Source: a virus (Duplodnaviria; Caudoviricetes). Taken from it: 63,489 bases of DNA. A program made the translations under genes and the position numbers. Under the pieces are notes generated by a model. The model worked only from the letters and a program-made list of their open reading frames with translations. It was not told where the DNA came from and did no database searches. The DNA lies in IMG/VR virus record IMGVR_UViG_3300050029_000088, positions 1-63,489 of that record. One strand, given 5' to 3'. Positions 9,531 through 23,891 of the stretch are shown piece by piece (the stretch's first letter is position 1; each line of letters starts with the position of its first letter).

Positions 9531-9670
9531 TCGCCCGCGTTCTCGATGGCGTTGTCGAACTCGGAGCGCAAGCTGTCCTCCGTGTTGCCCTCCGTGTCGA
9601 GGAACTCCGCGACTAGGGATTGGAACTCCTCGAACCACTTGATGTACCGCTCGTCATCGTACTCACGCAT
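9527..9670 (-). CDS. small acidic hypothetical protein
   Basis: GGAGG SD; MREYDDERYIKWFEEF. Confidence 0.55.
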   Translation of the reverse strand: MREYDDERYIKWFEEFQSLVAEFLDTEGNTEDSLRSEFDNAIENAGE

Positions 9671-12281
9671 TTGTTGCCTCCTCCGTGTTGAGATTGAGCC
9701 CGAGCACGAGATGCGCTCGGACGGGGGTGAAACTAGCAGGCGGGACGACGTGCTCGCCCGCGCCATCCGGGCCGGACTCGACTTCGTACCGCTCGCGTAA
9801 GTAGGCGAGCATCGCGCGGCTACGGCCCGGCAGTTGAATGTCGAGCTTCTCCCGGTCGATGATCGCGCAGACCTGGACAGGACGTATCCACGTCCCTCGC
9901 CCGTCGGGATCAGTCCACACAGCCGCCTCTTTGCTCCTCATCGCCGCGCACTCGTGGAGCGCCGTTTCGTAGACGTTCTCGCGCTCGTGGCCGGGGCTTT
10001 CGACCTCGAAGCAACTGAGGTCAGGCTCCGTCGGGATGGCAGGAACGTCCTCGCCGTTCGCGGCGCAGTGCGCGAGGTAGGCGGCGAGCGTGGCCCAGCC
10101 CGCGAGCAGCACGGCGCGGTTGTATTCGGGGCGGGTTGGTTGGGCCGGGCCAAGAGGGGGAAGACCCTTCGCCTCGAACGCGAGCCACCGATGCAGCCCC
10201 TCACCGAACCGCTCGATGGGGGAGAGGTTGATGTAGTTGAGCGCCCGCACGTTCTGCGCCGCCTTGCTCGGCTGGATCACGACCGTCCGGTCAAGCTCGC
10301 GGTCGAGCGTGAAAGTGTCCTCCCCGGCGACGATCACGGGCGCGAGCATCGAGTATGTCGTGGAAGATAGGTCAGCCTGCCCGCGCTCGGCGCGGCCTCC
10401 GGTGTAGAGCACGGGGATGATCCCCTGCAACTGCTCGCGTGTCTCCTTCTTGGACAACCGCGTCCACTCGTCCACGAAGATCGGCAGGCTCCGGCTCGCG
10501 GCGAGCGTGCGTAGCAGGATGAAGGGCGTGTTGGCCGCGAGGTCTATCTCGATCTTGGAGCCCATGAGTCGGGTGCCGAGCTTGGCGAGCGTCGACTTGC
10601 CCACGCCGCTACTGCCACCGATGAACAGGAGAGGGAACTCCTCAACCTCGGGGCGGCGGGCGCTCGCGACTAGCCACGCGAGCAGCGGGTGCGTGACCTC
10701 GGATGCGGACAGGGCGAGGAAGGCCGAGAGCCACGGCCAGTAGAACGCCCCGGTGTCCTCCTCGTTGCGCTTCCTGCTCGGAAGCCAGAGCCGGTCTGCC
10801 ACGTCCGCCGCGCGAACTCCCGGTGAGTACCGCCACGGCACCTTCCCGACGTACGTGTCTCCCGCGTAGACAACAGACTTCCCGGCGTCTTCGTAGAACT
10901 CGGGAGCGTCGTGTATGCCGACCTGCGTCGTATGGAAAATCTCGGGGCAGACGGAGCCGAGTGCCTCGACTAGCTCCGCGATGGCCTTGCGGTCGTTGTC
11001 CGTGCCGGTGAAGATCAGGTCGTTCTTGTTGGCCCACTTGACGAGCGCCTGCACGGAGCCGAGGTCGGCCAGCAGGATGACGCCCGGCCTCGGCTGCCGC
11101 CGATGGTGGACGGTCACGTCGAAGCCGGAATCCTCCGAGCCCGAGAGCTTCGCCACCGGGTCGACCGTCCAGTTGGTGAAGCGGTGCGGGATGCCGTCCG
11201 CGTCGGTCTTGTAGTAGCCCCTGCCGTGGGGCGCGGCTGCGATCCTGGCATCGTCGGGAGCGCCGACCGGGGACTTGGCCCGCCCGAGCAGGCGGCGCAG
11301 CCCGCCGCGTGAGAGCCCGCAGGCCCGCAGGTCTTGGTCGAGCGGGAGGATGCAGACACGCACGTCGCCGTGGCCTTCCTCGTTGAGCGCCTTGATCCAC
11401 GCGCGGGTCGCGTTGACTCCCGCCGCGTCCGGGTCGAAGGCGAGGTAGAGCGTGCCACCCCGCCCGAGGAAGCCGAGTTGCTCCGGCGTCGGCGGTCGCG
11501 CGGCCCCGGATGGCAGAGCGAAGATGTCGATGGCGATGGACTCCTCGGCCGCGAGCCATCCTGCGACCACGGCGTCTGACTCACCTTCGGTGAGTAAGAC
11601 ATCCGAGTGCCGCCGCCCGAGCCATGATCCGTAGAGCGCGACGTACTTGGAGCCGGGCAAGGAACCCTTGCGGACTCCCAGCCGCGTCTTGCATCCCGTC
11701 AGGGTGCCATCCTCCGTCCAGTGCGGCATGTAGATCGTGCCGGTAAGGGGGTCTAGCCCCCATCCCCACGTCGTCCGAAGGTACGCATCCCAGCGGTACG
11801 CCTCCGTGATTTCGGTGTCAGAGTTGACAAGCCGCGTCCATACTGACAACTTGCCGTTAGACTCCTCGGCCTTCGCGGCTGCTTGCGCGGCGGCGACTTC
11901 CGATTGCCAGTCGGCAACCGTGGGCTTGATGCGAGGCTCGATGCGCGGCGGCTCGTAACCCGGCGGAAGGTCGGCCAGCATCCGAGCGGCGACAGCCTGA
12001 GACTCGGGGAAGCCGACGGACTGCTTGCGCTGGATCAGGTCGAAGATGTCACCGCCGAACCCGCACGGCTGGCACCACCAACGCATGATCCCGTCGTCGC
12101 CCTCCCATAGATAGTAGGAAGGGTCAGTGTCATCATGGAAGGGGCAGTGGCCCCGGCCCTCCCGGTCGAGCGGGATGCCGAGCCGGTGCGAGACGTAGGC
12201 CATCGAGAGCCGGGCGCGAAGCTCGTCCTTCGAGGGGATGTACGGGATGCCGTCGTTGCCGTCGTCCAGCTTGCGAATCAT
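9663..12281 (-). CDS. primase/helicase (CHC2 zinc finger + TOPRIM + P-loop ATPase)
   Basis: CPFHDDTDPS..CQPC, TEGESD, AFDPDAAG, Walker A GGSSGVGKST, Walker B IFVDE. Confidence 0.9.
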   Translation of the reverse strand: MIRKLDDGNDGIPYIPSKDELRARLSMAYVSHRLGIPLDREGRGHCPFHDDTDPSYYLWEGDDGIMRWWCQPCGFGGDIFDLIQRKQSVGFPESQAVAARMLADLPPGYEPPRIEPRIKPTVADWQSEVAAAQAAAKAEESNGKLSVWTRLVNSDTEITEAYRWDAYLRTTWGWGLDPLTGTIYMPHWTEDGTLTGCKTRLGVRKGSLPGSKYVALYGSWLGRRHSDVLLTEGESDAVVAGWLAAEESIAIDIFALPSGAARPPTPEQLGFLGRGGTLYLAFDPDAAGVNATRAWIKALNEEGHGDVRVCILPLDQDLRACGLSRGGLRRLLGRAKSPVGAPDDARIAAAPHGRGYYKTDADGIPHRFTNWTVDPVAKLSGSEDSGFDVTVHHRRQPRPGVILLADLGSVQALVKWANKNDLIFTGTDNDRKAIAELVEALGSVCPEIFHTTQVGIHDAPEFYEDAGKSVVYAGDTYVGKVPWRYSPGVRAADVADRLWLPSRKRNEEDTGAFYWPWLSAFLALSASEVTHPLLAWLVASARRPEVEEFPLLFIGGSSGVGKSTLAKLGTRLMGSKIEIDLAANTPFILLRTLAASRSLPIFVDEWTRLSKKETREQLQGIIPVLYTGGRAERGQADLSSTTYSMLAPVIVAGEDTFTLDRELDRTVVIQPSKAAQNVRALNYINLSPIERFGEGLHRWLAFEAKGLPPLGPAQPTRPEYNRAVLLAGWATLAAYLAHCAANGEDVPAIPTEPDLSCFEVESPGHERENVYETALHECAAMRSKEAAVWTDPDGRGTWIRPVQVCAIIDREKLDIQLPGRSRAMLAYLRERYEVESGPDGAGEHVVPPASFTPVRAHLVLGLNLNTEEATNA

Positions 12282-12487
12282 GGTGCCTCCTGACGTGGTA
12301 GGTCGAGAATGGGATCGGGGTTCGAGGTTGCGACCTTCTTGGACGTATCGTTGATCGTTTCTCTCTTGTCGGGTGGCCCCTCGCGGCGAATGCGCCGGTA
12401 CTCGTCAGGGGTCTTGGCGTTGCGAGCTTCCGCCTCCGCTCGCCGGGTGGCTCGGGCCTTGTTGCCGTGTCGCGTGTGCTGGGTCAT
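12278..12487 (-). CDS. small basic hypothetical protein
   Basis: Coupled to the primase start. Confidence 0.5.
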   Translation of the reverse strand: MTQHTRHGNKARATRRAEAEARNAKTPDEYRRIRREGPPDKRETINDTSKKVATSNPDPILDLPRQEAP

Positions 12488-12699
12488 GCGATCCGTCCGC
12501 AGATGATCGCGTTGGCCTCGTCGCTTGAACGGACTTGGACGGCCCTCTTGAGCAGGTCGTCGCGAGCGTCGGCCGCGTACTCCTCCGAGACGCCGAGCGC
12601 GAGCAGCCGCTCCTCGAAGTCGTCGGCTACCTCGGCGGGCTCGCGCATCACGTAGATCGGGTGCATCCTCTCCTCCTCCTTCGGTTGCGTTCCTCCCAT
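12484..12699 (-). CDS. hypothetical protein (first gene of the leftward operon)
   Basis: TAAGCT-N7-ATG leaderless promoter. Confidence 0.6.
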   Translation of the reverse strand: MGGTQPKEEERMHPIYVMREPAEVADDFEERLLALGVSEEYAADARDDLLKRAVQVRSSDEANAIICGRIA

Positions 12700-12719
12700 G
12701 CACCGGAGCTTAGCAGGTG

Positions 12720-12985
12720 TCTGTCGTTTCGCAGAGGGGCGGCTCGCGAGACGTAGGCGAAACGAGACAAAGTGGTAACATATGTTACGATGTACCCTAC
12801 GTTTCAGTTTAGACTTCTTGAACCAAAATGTGAGACGGATGAGACACAGACAGGCTTCACTCCCAGTTCAACAGTTTCACGTTTCATACACTACACAGAA
12901 AATATAGATGATATAAACACAGGGGGTAGGTACCCCTACGTTATTGTGCTAAGGTGTCCGTGTGTACCCACAGCGAAACGTGAGG
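12720..12985. other. putative replication origin
   Basis: AT-rich island at the strand switch next to the primase operon; repeated GA(A/G)AC / GTTTC motifs; palindrome GTAACATATGTTAC. Confidence 0.5.
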
Positions 12986-12993
12986 AGGAATCT

Positions 12994-13425
12994 ATGACGC
13001 TCGAAGACCTACTACCGCACGAGGGGCAGCGAATGAGACGGATGCTCGCCTACGCGCTCATCGAGCTAGGGCACGTTCTCCGGTGCGAGATGGAGGAGTG
13101 CGCCTGCGCGACCCGCGAGGAGTTCGCGCCGAACGGGCCTCGTCGTCTGAGCATCGACCATAGGATAGCAGTGGCGGAAGGTGGCTCGGATCACCCGAGC
13201 AACCTGCGCTTCGCTCATCTCTGTTGCAACATCGGTAAGGGGTTGAGCTTCAACCCGGCCGGTCGACCTCGCAAGAGCACGACGAAGGTGGAGGTACTCG
13301 ACTGGATCGCGTGGGAAGACCTGACTGCCATGACCCGAGAGCTTCTATGGGTGGTCGACGGTGCTGGCCCCGGCACGCACTGGGCGTGGGATGGTCAGGA
13401 GTGGAGGCTTCGCACCGTCGAGTAA
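12994..13425 (+). CDS. HNH endonuclease
   Basis: GAGGAGG SD; SIDHRIAVAEGGSDHPSNLRFAHLCCN. Confidence 0.88.
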   Translation: MTLEDLLPHEGQRMRRMLAYALIELGHVLRCEMEECACATREEFAPNGPRRLSIDHRIAVAEGGSDHPSNLRFAHLCCNIGKGLSFNPAGRPRKSTTKVEVLDWIAWEDLTAMTRELLWVVDGAGPGTHWAWDGQEWRLRTVE

Positions 13426-13514
13426 GTGCAACCCTACGGTTGCGTTCCCCGCCGGGTAGACCGACCGCCTCGCCTCGCCCCCGGTGCCGGGTGTCCGTGG
13501 TAGACTCCACCTGC

Positions 13515-14126
13515 ATGAGCGAGGGTGACAACAGGGTGCCGGGGCATGGTGACGGGAAGACGCCTCCCAAGATGACGCTCGCGCAGGCAGCCGAGGCGCT
13601 CGAACGCCACCGTCTAGGTGAGACGAAGACGGCGCTCGCGGACGAGTACGGACTCTCGCGCCGGGCGCTGTCGGATTGGCTTGCGAAGGCAGCCGACGAG
13701 GAAGCTCGCGCCGCCGCACCGCCGGACTCCGGCGTCCAGCGCACGCCGCGCGAAGTCTTGCAGGCGATCCTCAACAACGCGGCCCTCAAGGCGGAGACGC
13801 AGGTGGCGGCGGCGAAGGCGATGGACGCGCTCTCGGCCAAGACGCTCGACGGCGGCGAAGACGTGGCCCGGCCCGAGTCGATCACGCTCTCCGGCCCGGC
13901 CTTCTGTCCGGGGTGCGGGCTCGACCTCGCGGACGTGCGCGAGATTGAGCTAGACCTCATCATCGGGAGCCTGTCCGCAGAACAGGACGCGGGCACCGCG
14001 CCCGCAGAACCGGACATCGCGCCGCTCGCGCCGGTTGTCCCGATTCACGGGCACGAAGTCATCGGCCCCGGCGGGAAGCGTGTCGACCCGCCCTCTACGG
14101 TAAGCGCAGACGACCCGCCCTTCTAG
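13515..14126 (+). CDS. HTH protein with CxxC, possible terminase small subunit
   Basis: KTALADEYGLSRRALSDW HTH; FCPGCG; TAGACT-N8-ATG. The TerS role is inference only. Confidence 0.5.
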   Translation: MSEGDNRVPGHGDGKTPPKMTLAQAAEALERHRLGETKTALADEYGLSRRALSDWLAKAADEEARAAAPPDSGVQRTPREVLQAILNNAALKAETQVAAAKAMDALSAKTLDGGEDVARPESITLSGPAFCPGCGLDLADVREIELDLIIGSLSAEQDAGTAPAEPDIAPLAPVVPIHGHEVIGPGGKRVDPPSTVSADDPPF

Positions 14127-14130
14127 GGTC

Positions 14131-14442
14131 ATGCGCAACCCGGCCGACGACCTCTACCAAGACGAGAACGGCTCATGGCGGCGGCGCTCGATCATCGTCG
14201 GCTCTGACCCGTACGCGACGGCCCGCGACTTCACCAAGCGCAAGATGCGCGTGCCGGACGTGCTCAACGCGGCCTACGGCTTCGGCCCGCCGGGCCATGA
14301 TCGCCCGCCTGTAGGTTTCATCCCGCCGGAGGATCGCATGGTGCGGATCAGGCGGGTGAACGAGCGCGGCCACGAGGTCACGGAGTCGGTTCGGATGCGC
14401 GACCTCAACGCGGCGCTGGCAGCCGGGGCGGTGAGGGTGTGA
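14131..14442 (+). CDS. hypothetical protein
   Basis: GC3-rich ORF. Confidence 0.6.
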   Translation: MRNPADDLYQDENGSWRRRSIIVGSDPYATARDFTKRKMRVPDVLNAAYGFGPPGHDRPPVGFIPPEDRMVRIRRVNERGHEVTESVRMRDLNAALAAGAVRV

Positions 14443-14511
14443 AGGAGTGCCCGCGCTGCGCGGCGATACTCGTGTGGGCAACATCCTCGGCTACCACGAA
14501 GGGTGTTGCGG

Positions 14512-14832
14512 CTAGCCCAGTCCTTTCTTGTCGAGGGAAGCCAAGCACCGCTTGCAGGTGACGGCTGGCACGGTGCCCGCCGGATCGTACTCGCCTGCGT
14601 AGAAGGCTGGGGAGTGCGGCTGGCAGAGAGTTCTCGGATGGTCGAGCCCCTGATAGCCTCGCACCGTCTTGGTGGAAGCGTGCTCGACCTTCCCGTGGCC
14701 GAGGTAACAAGTCAGGTAGCCTGGCCCCTCGGTCTTCGCGTGGGCCAACCGCGCTGCCAGCCGCGCGTTCTTCGCAGCGGCGTAGCCGGGGTCGACAGCG
14801 GAGGGGAGCGGGGCGGTGAGAGCGGTAGTCAC
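14512..14832 (-). CDS. hypothetical protein
   Basis: Leaderless GTG 6 nt after GATACT; VTCKRC motif. Confidence 0.65.
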   Translation of the reverse strand: MTTALTAPLPSAVDPGYAAAKNARLAARLAHAKTEGPGYLTCYLGHGKVEHASTKTVRGYQGLDHPRTLCQPHSPAFYAGEYDPAGTVPAVTCKRCLASLDKKGLG

Positions 14833-14867
14833 GAACTAAGTATCGCTTGCGGGGCGGTGGCGTCAAC

Positions 14868-14881
14868 CCCTCGAACGAGGG
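14868..14881. promoter_or_regulatory. CCCTC-N4-GAGGG box between divergent GATACT promoters
   Basis: CCCTCGAACGAGGG; GATACT 24 nt away on + and 23 nt away on -. Confidence 0.7.
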
Positions 14882-15150
14882 AGTGACATCTTGACAAGCG
14901 TGTGCGATACTGAGAGTGCAGTGATGACTCTCCTTCCCACTTTCGCCGCTTTCGCCTCTGCTCTCTCGGTCGCGCTGGCCTGCTTCCCCGATGACTACTT
15001 CATCGCGATCATCGCGCCGTGGAGTCCGGGCAGGGCACACGCCATCGTGATGCACGGCGACCAAGTGGTCTACGACCCGAGCTTCCAGAAGCGCCGCCGC
15101 TATCAGAAGAAGGGCATCTCGATCATCACGCTCGAACGGATGACCTTCGC

Positions 15151-15534
15151 ATGATCGGCCAGCCCGCTCTATCACATGCCGCCTCCGTGATGGCCGGGCA
15201 GCCGGTGACAGTGATATGCGCGCGGACGCCGGGCGCGGAGGGATGGGCGCAGGGTACGCGAATCACGCTCGACACTTCGACGTGCCGAGCGTTGCTCCTA
15301 CGCAACGCTCGTGGGCCGGACAACATCGACGCCGCCGAGGCGACCGCCGCGCTAGCGCATGAGATAGGGCACGTTGTTGTAGGCGGCTGCGAGCGTGCTG
15401 CCGAGCACTACGCGATGACTCACTGGCAGCGGCTCTATCGGGCGCTTGGCTTCGGGACGGCGGACTCCATCGCTCGTGTCTACGTTCTGAGTATGCACGA
15501 CTCACTCCCGCGCGAGTACCGTATGCGCTGTTGA
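15151..15534 (+). CDS. putative zinc metallopeptidase
   Basis: ALAHEIGH (HExxH) with a downstream E. Confidence 0.6.
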   Translation: MIGQPALSHAASVMAGQPVTVICARTPGAEGWAQGTRITLDTSTCRALLLRNARGPDNIDAAEATAALAHEIGHVVVGGCERAAEHYAMTHWQRLYRALGFGTADSIARVYVLSMHDSLPREYRMRC

Positions 15535-16045
15535 GTGGCGGAGCCCAGCGGGCTACGGCAGCGCCCGCTCCGCCGCTGCTACACTTCCCGCATGAGGTAC
15601 GTCTTCGCTGTAGTCGCCGCCTTCGTGATCTTGTGGCTCGGACTCATCGCCTTCGTCGCCGTTCACTTCTTGGAGCGGGTTTGGTGAGCGCCGTCGGCAC
15701 CACGAGCAACGGCAAGACCTACATCTTCTCCAAGCTCCTCGGCATAGGGATCGGCCGCGTCATCATCGGCGCAGAGTACGCCCTCGGCGTGTGGATCATG
15801 CTTCGCCTGCTCGGGAGCCCGTGGTAGTGAGGGTCGCAATCGCCAACGACAAGGAACTGCCCTGCAAGGGCACGGACATCGTGCATCCCTTCTTCACTGT
15901 CGACCATCGCATCCTGCTCGTGCGCAAGGGCGTCTTCGGGCCGAGCTACCGCGAGGTTCCCGCGAACGATCCCGAGGTAGTCGCGGCCATCGCGATCTAC
16001 GGGCAGCAGACGCGCGGCTGACGTAGACGCGGTATAGTCTCCGGC

Positions 16046-20115
<4,070 letters not shown>

Positions 20116-20116
20116 G

Positions 20117-20908
20117 ATGGCGCTCAAGAAATACAACGACATCATCGCCCGCATCGCGTCCGGGTACTGGGCAGCCGAGCCGTTCTACGGCAACCGAGCG
20201 GTGGCGGCTGCGAACGTTGACCTGATTCCCTCTACGGGTTGGAACGCCGCCAACAACAGGCCGTGGATTGTCGGCTGGGTACGGACGACACAATCCCTGC
20301 CAGCGGGTGTCACGGCGTACATCTTGTCCGAGGTCAGCCTGTCTCTATTTCCAAACCGGCCCGTACTGCTTGCCGAGCTAGTCAACCTCGGCAGCATTGA
20401 CATCTCGGGCGCGAGCGGCACGTTCACGGACGGGTCAGTGATGCCGACCGAGACGGAGCTAGGTGCATCCGTCGTCAAGTTCGGCCCGGTGCTCGTGGAG
20501 GTCACGGCGGCGCTCAACGCCACGCCGGGCAGCCTCACGGTCACGTACACGAACCAAGACGGGACGACCCTGCACTCCTCGGGCGCTCTCGTGCTCGGAG
20601 CATCATGTGGCGTCGGGCAGGCCAACTTCCTCACGCTCGCGGCGGGCGACTACGGCGTGCGCGACATCACCGCCGCCGCGCGGTCTGGGGGCACGACCCC
20701 CGCCGGGACGCTCAAGTTCTGGGGTGTCATCCCCATCGTACAGACCGGCATCCCAACGGGCGGAGCGGCCGTCTCAGAGAACCTGCTCTTGGACTCTTGC
20801 AACCCGCGCCGCATCGGGGCGGGTAAGCTCATCGCGGCGATCCAACTCGGTGCGACCAGCTCGCAGGGAGTCGTCTTCGGGTCGGCATTCCTCGTGGGAG
20901 ACAACTAG
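20117..20908 (+). CDS. putative virion protein (paralogue 1)
   Basis: TVTYTNQDG..GDYGVRDIT motif shared with the next two genes. Confidence 0.6.
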   Translation: MALKKYNDIIARIASGYWAAEPFYGNRAVAAANVDLIPSTGWNAANNRPWIVGWVRTTQSLPAGVTAYILSEVSLSLFPNRPVLLAELVNLGSIDISGASGTFTDGSVMPTETELGASVVKFGPVLVEVTAALNATPGSLTVTYTNQDGTTLHSSGALVLGASCGVGQANFLTLAAGDYGVRDITAAARSGGTTPAGTLKFWGVIPIVQTGIPTGGAAVSENLLLDSCNPRRIGAGKLIAAIQLGATSSQGVVFGSAFLVGDN

Positions 20909-21697
20909 GTGCCCGACATCCTGACCTCTGTGGACGCGATGTTGCAAAGTGGGGCCGACTACGGGCCGTGGGTGCGGGCCTTCAACTTCCCCGGAGTTCC
21001 GTCAAGCTCCACGGCGGCACTCGCGACGTGCGGATCGTTGTCGGGATCGAGGTACGGCTCCATTCCCGCTCCCTCGATGGGTGCGGGCGTCAAGGGCATG
21101 TACCTATCACAGTGCCGGATGGTTCACCTTTGCGGAGCCGCGTCCGTCTCGCTTGTGTGCGCGCTTGAATACTTGATGGGCACGTTGACCGTTTCTGTCA
21201 ACTCGTTCGCGGATGGGGTGGTCATGCCCTCGAAGGTCGTGCGCGGCCTGTCCGTGCAGACCGCTTCTCTGATGCCGGTGCTTCACGTCTCGACCACGCT
21301 CATCGCCGCCACCCCGATAGTCACGATCACGTACAAGAATCAGAACGGAGTAGGGGGCCGGACGGCCACGCTCACGCTGCCCACGAACGCCGTCAAGGGG
21401 TCTGTCTATCAGATCGCTCCTCACCTACAGTCCGGTGACTCTGCCATACAGGATGTGACCGCAGTGTCGATAAACACCGGCACGGGCGGGGTGATTCAGG
21501 TGATGGGCCTGTTGCCGCTGGGCCTCGGACTCGCGGACTCCTTCATTCAAGGACAGAACTCACTTGATCCCCTGGCCTCACCGTGGCCGGTGTTCTTGGT
21601 CGAGCCTGCCGAGAACATCGCCGTCTATCGCTTGGGGCGTGTGACCTTCAACGAGGGCGTGCTCTTGTCTTGCGTGGGGATCGCGCAGCCCGCATGA
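20909..21697 (+). CDS. putative virion protein (paralogue 2)
   Basis: TITYKNQNG..GDSAIQDVT. Confidence 0.6.
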   Translation: MPDILTSVDAMLQSGADYGPWVRAFNFPGVPSSSTAALATCGSLSGSRYGSIPAPSMGAGVKGMYLSQCRMVHLCGAASVSLVCALEYLMGTLTVSVNSFADGVVMPSKVVRGLSVQTASLMPVLHVSTTLIAATPIVTITYKNQNGVGGRTATLTLPTNAVKGSVYQIAPHLQSGDSAIQDVTAVSINTGTGGVIQVMGLLPLGLGLADSFIQGQNSLDPLASPWPVFLVEPAENIAVYRLGRVTFNEGVLLSCVGIAQPA

Positions 21698-22560
21698 GCA
21701 TCGTCGGCATCGACACCTGGCTACAGAACTTCGCAAAGGGCTACGGCGCGTTGCGACCCTTCACGACACACGCCGGGGTGTTGACCACGGCGGCTGCCGC
21801 TGCCTCCGGTTCACTAACGTTGGAACCCCTTTTCAACGCCATCGGGACGGTCGCGCCGGGAACCTTAGTGTCCCTGCCGCAGCCGGGGTCAGCGGACGGC
21901 GACATCCTGACCTCGCTCGGGGCGATGATCTACGACCGCAATATCTCGGTCGGCATGTGGCTCGGCTACCTCTACGTCATGGGCACGCTCGACCCGACAG
22001 CGACCGGCGACAAGTTCACGCACGACGCGGCGACCTTCCCCGTGCTTCGCACTCAGTTCGGCCAAGTGTCCAAACCCGTGACCCTTCACCCGACGATCTA
22101 CGTGACGACGGCCGTGACCGGCGCGTCCCCGGCGATCCGTCTTCGCACGAACGCGGGCGCGGCAGGCTATGTCAACCAGGACGGAGCCTCAGTCGTCGGC
22201 ACGCGGACGTTCACTTTTCCGGCAACGCCGGTCGCTCAGAGCATGTATGAGTTCATGCTTGAGGACGGCTCGCCGGGCGATACGGGCGTCCGTGACATCA
22301 CGAAAATCCTAGTGGACACTGCCTGCACGGCAGGAGCGATGCAGGTGTTCGGATTTGAGCCGTTGATTCCGTGCGGGTGTATGGGCGCGACGGCCGGGAA
22401 CATGACGGTGGCCGACACACTCGTTGGGTCGCTGCGAGCGAACTCGCTCAAGCCTGCCGTGGCGACCGCTGGAACCGTGACGGCGTATCTTTGCGTCATG
22501 CTCGGCGGCAACCAAGTGGCGACGGCTTCGGGATGGTACGCCGGGGCGGTGGCGAACTAA
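21694..22560 (+). CDS. putative virion protein (paralogue 3)
   Basis: GYVNQDG..GDTGVRDIT. Confidence 0.6.
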   Translation: MSIVGIDTWLQNFAKGYGALRPFTTHAGVLTTAAAAASGSLTLEPLFNAIGTVAPGTLVSLPQPGSADGDILTSLGAMIYDRNISVGMWLGYLYVMGTLDPTATGDKFTHDAATFPVLRTQFGQVSKPVTLHPTIYVTTAVTGASPAIRLRTNAGAAGYVNQDGASVVGTRTFTFPATPVAQSMYEFMLEDGSPGDTGVRDITKILVDTACTAGAMQVFGFEPLIPCGCMGATAGNMTVADTLVGSLRANSLKPAVATAGTVTAYLCVMLGGNQVATASGWYAGAVAN

Positions 22561-22736
22561 TGGCCGCGCACACGACAGGAGTTTCGGCGCAGGCGAACAC
22601 CGCTTGCGGGCCGGGGCAGGTGTGGGGGCGCATCCGACTCGCGGAGCCCGACAAGGGCGTCGGCGGGCAGGTGCCGATCAAGGTGCCGCCGATCAAGAGC
22701 CCGGCGACGAACTTCCAGAATCCCGGTCAGGTCTAG
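22560..22736 (+). CDS. hypothetical protein
   Basis: TAATG translational coupling. Confidence 0.5.
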   Translation: MAAHTTGVSAQANTACGPGQVWGRIRLAEPDKGVGGQVPIKVPPIKSPATNFQNPGQV

Positions 22737-22795
22737 AGCCGGTAGAGTGTCGCACATGCGAACGATAGATCGAGGGCCATACGACCGGAGCCCTC

Positions 22796-23149
22796 ATGCC
22801 CGAGGGTAGTGACGAGCAGGTGGCCGTCAGCCGCGAAGAACACCTAGCCGCGATAGCACGGCTCGATAACGCCGACTCCGAGCTTCGTGCCTCAATCGTT
22901 GCCACGGAACGGGCGCTCCGCACGGACTACGAAGACAAGATCGCCGGAGCGGTGCTTGCCGTCAAGGATGACATCATTGGCGTGCGCACGGCGATGTCCG
23001 TGGACGTGGGCAATGTTCGCGACGACGTGAAGGACGTGCAAGATCACCTGACCTGGCAGGATCGGCTCGTCGGCGGCGGACTGTTCACGGGCGGCATCAC
23101 GTTCGCCGTGCTGCTCGTCTTGCAGTTCACGCAGCACATCTTCGGCTAG
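22796..23149 (+). CDS. coiled-coil protein with C-terminal TM helix
   Basis: Heptad pattern followed by GLFTGGITFAVLLVL. Confidence 0.6.
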   Translation: MPEGSDEQVAVSREEHLAAIARLDNADSELRASIVATERALRTDYEDKIAGAVLAVKDDIIGVRTAMSVDVGNVRDDVKDVQDHLTWQDRLVGGGLFTGGITFAVLLVLQFTQHIFG

Positions 23150-23171
23150 CTCAACGGGGTAGACTCCCCGC

Positions 23172-23735
23172 ATGGCCCGGCTGTCCCTACGCGAGCGCAT
23201 CCGGGGGGAGGAGAAGTGGTGGCACGGGATCGGAGAGAAGTTCGCAGACTACGTGGCTGCGCGAGCCGGTCGCGTGTCGGCCATCGTCGTGCATACGGTG
23301 TGGTTCGTGGTGTGGTTCGCATCGGGGCTCGACCACTACCCCTTCAACTTCCTGACGCTGACCGTCTCCCTTGAGGCCATCTACCTATCCCTGTTCATCC
23401 TCATCTCGCAGCGACGGTCGGCAGAGCGTGACGCTGTGACCATCGCCCGCGACCGCGAATCGCAGCGGATCGCGCTCGAAGCCGTGGTTGCCAACTCGAA
23501 GGCGCTGCTCGACATCACGGAGGCCGTTCGGCACGGAATGGCCGAGCAGGACGAGATTCTTGAAGACCTACATGATGCGCTTCCCGTGCCACCCGAGGCG
23601 GGCGTCTGCCCGTCGTGTGGGCTGGCCCAGCATGGTAGCGACGTGTTCTGCAGCGGGTGCGGATCACGGGTCGTACCGCCCGAGGACGCCGTGCGCTGGG
23701 ACGAGGAACGCCGCACTCGCGGTGAGATAGAGTAG
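23172..23735 (+). CDS. DUF1003-like membrane protein with zinc ribbon
   Basis: DHYPFNFLTLTVSLEAIYLSLFILISQRR; CPSC..FCSGCG. Confidence 0.8.
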   Translation: MARLSLRERIRGEEKWWHGIGEKFADYVAARAGRVSAIVVHTVWFVVWFASGLDHYPFNFLTLTVSLEAIYLSLFILISQRRSAERDAVTIARDRESQRIALEAVVANSKALLDITEAVRHGMAEQDEILEDLHDALPVPPEAGVCPSCGLAQHGSDVFCSGCGSRVVPPEDAVRWDEERRTRGEIE

Positions 23736-23891
23736 ACCGCATGGGTAAGGTGCGCGATCATCTCGAAGTGTCTCTCGCGGAGGGTGAGCGTAGGTTCGCG
23801 GCGTGTCCCCGGTGGCGATGGCGGCGACGGCGCAAGCTAGCCAACTACGTCGTCTACTGCGAGCAGCTTCTCTCGCGCTATACTGGCAAGT

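Noticed and set aside
12772-12993. N-terminal extension of the HNH ORF
   Set aside because: It runs through the AT-rich origin-like DNA; a strong SD precedes the ATG at 12994.
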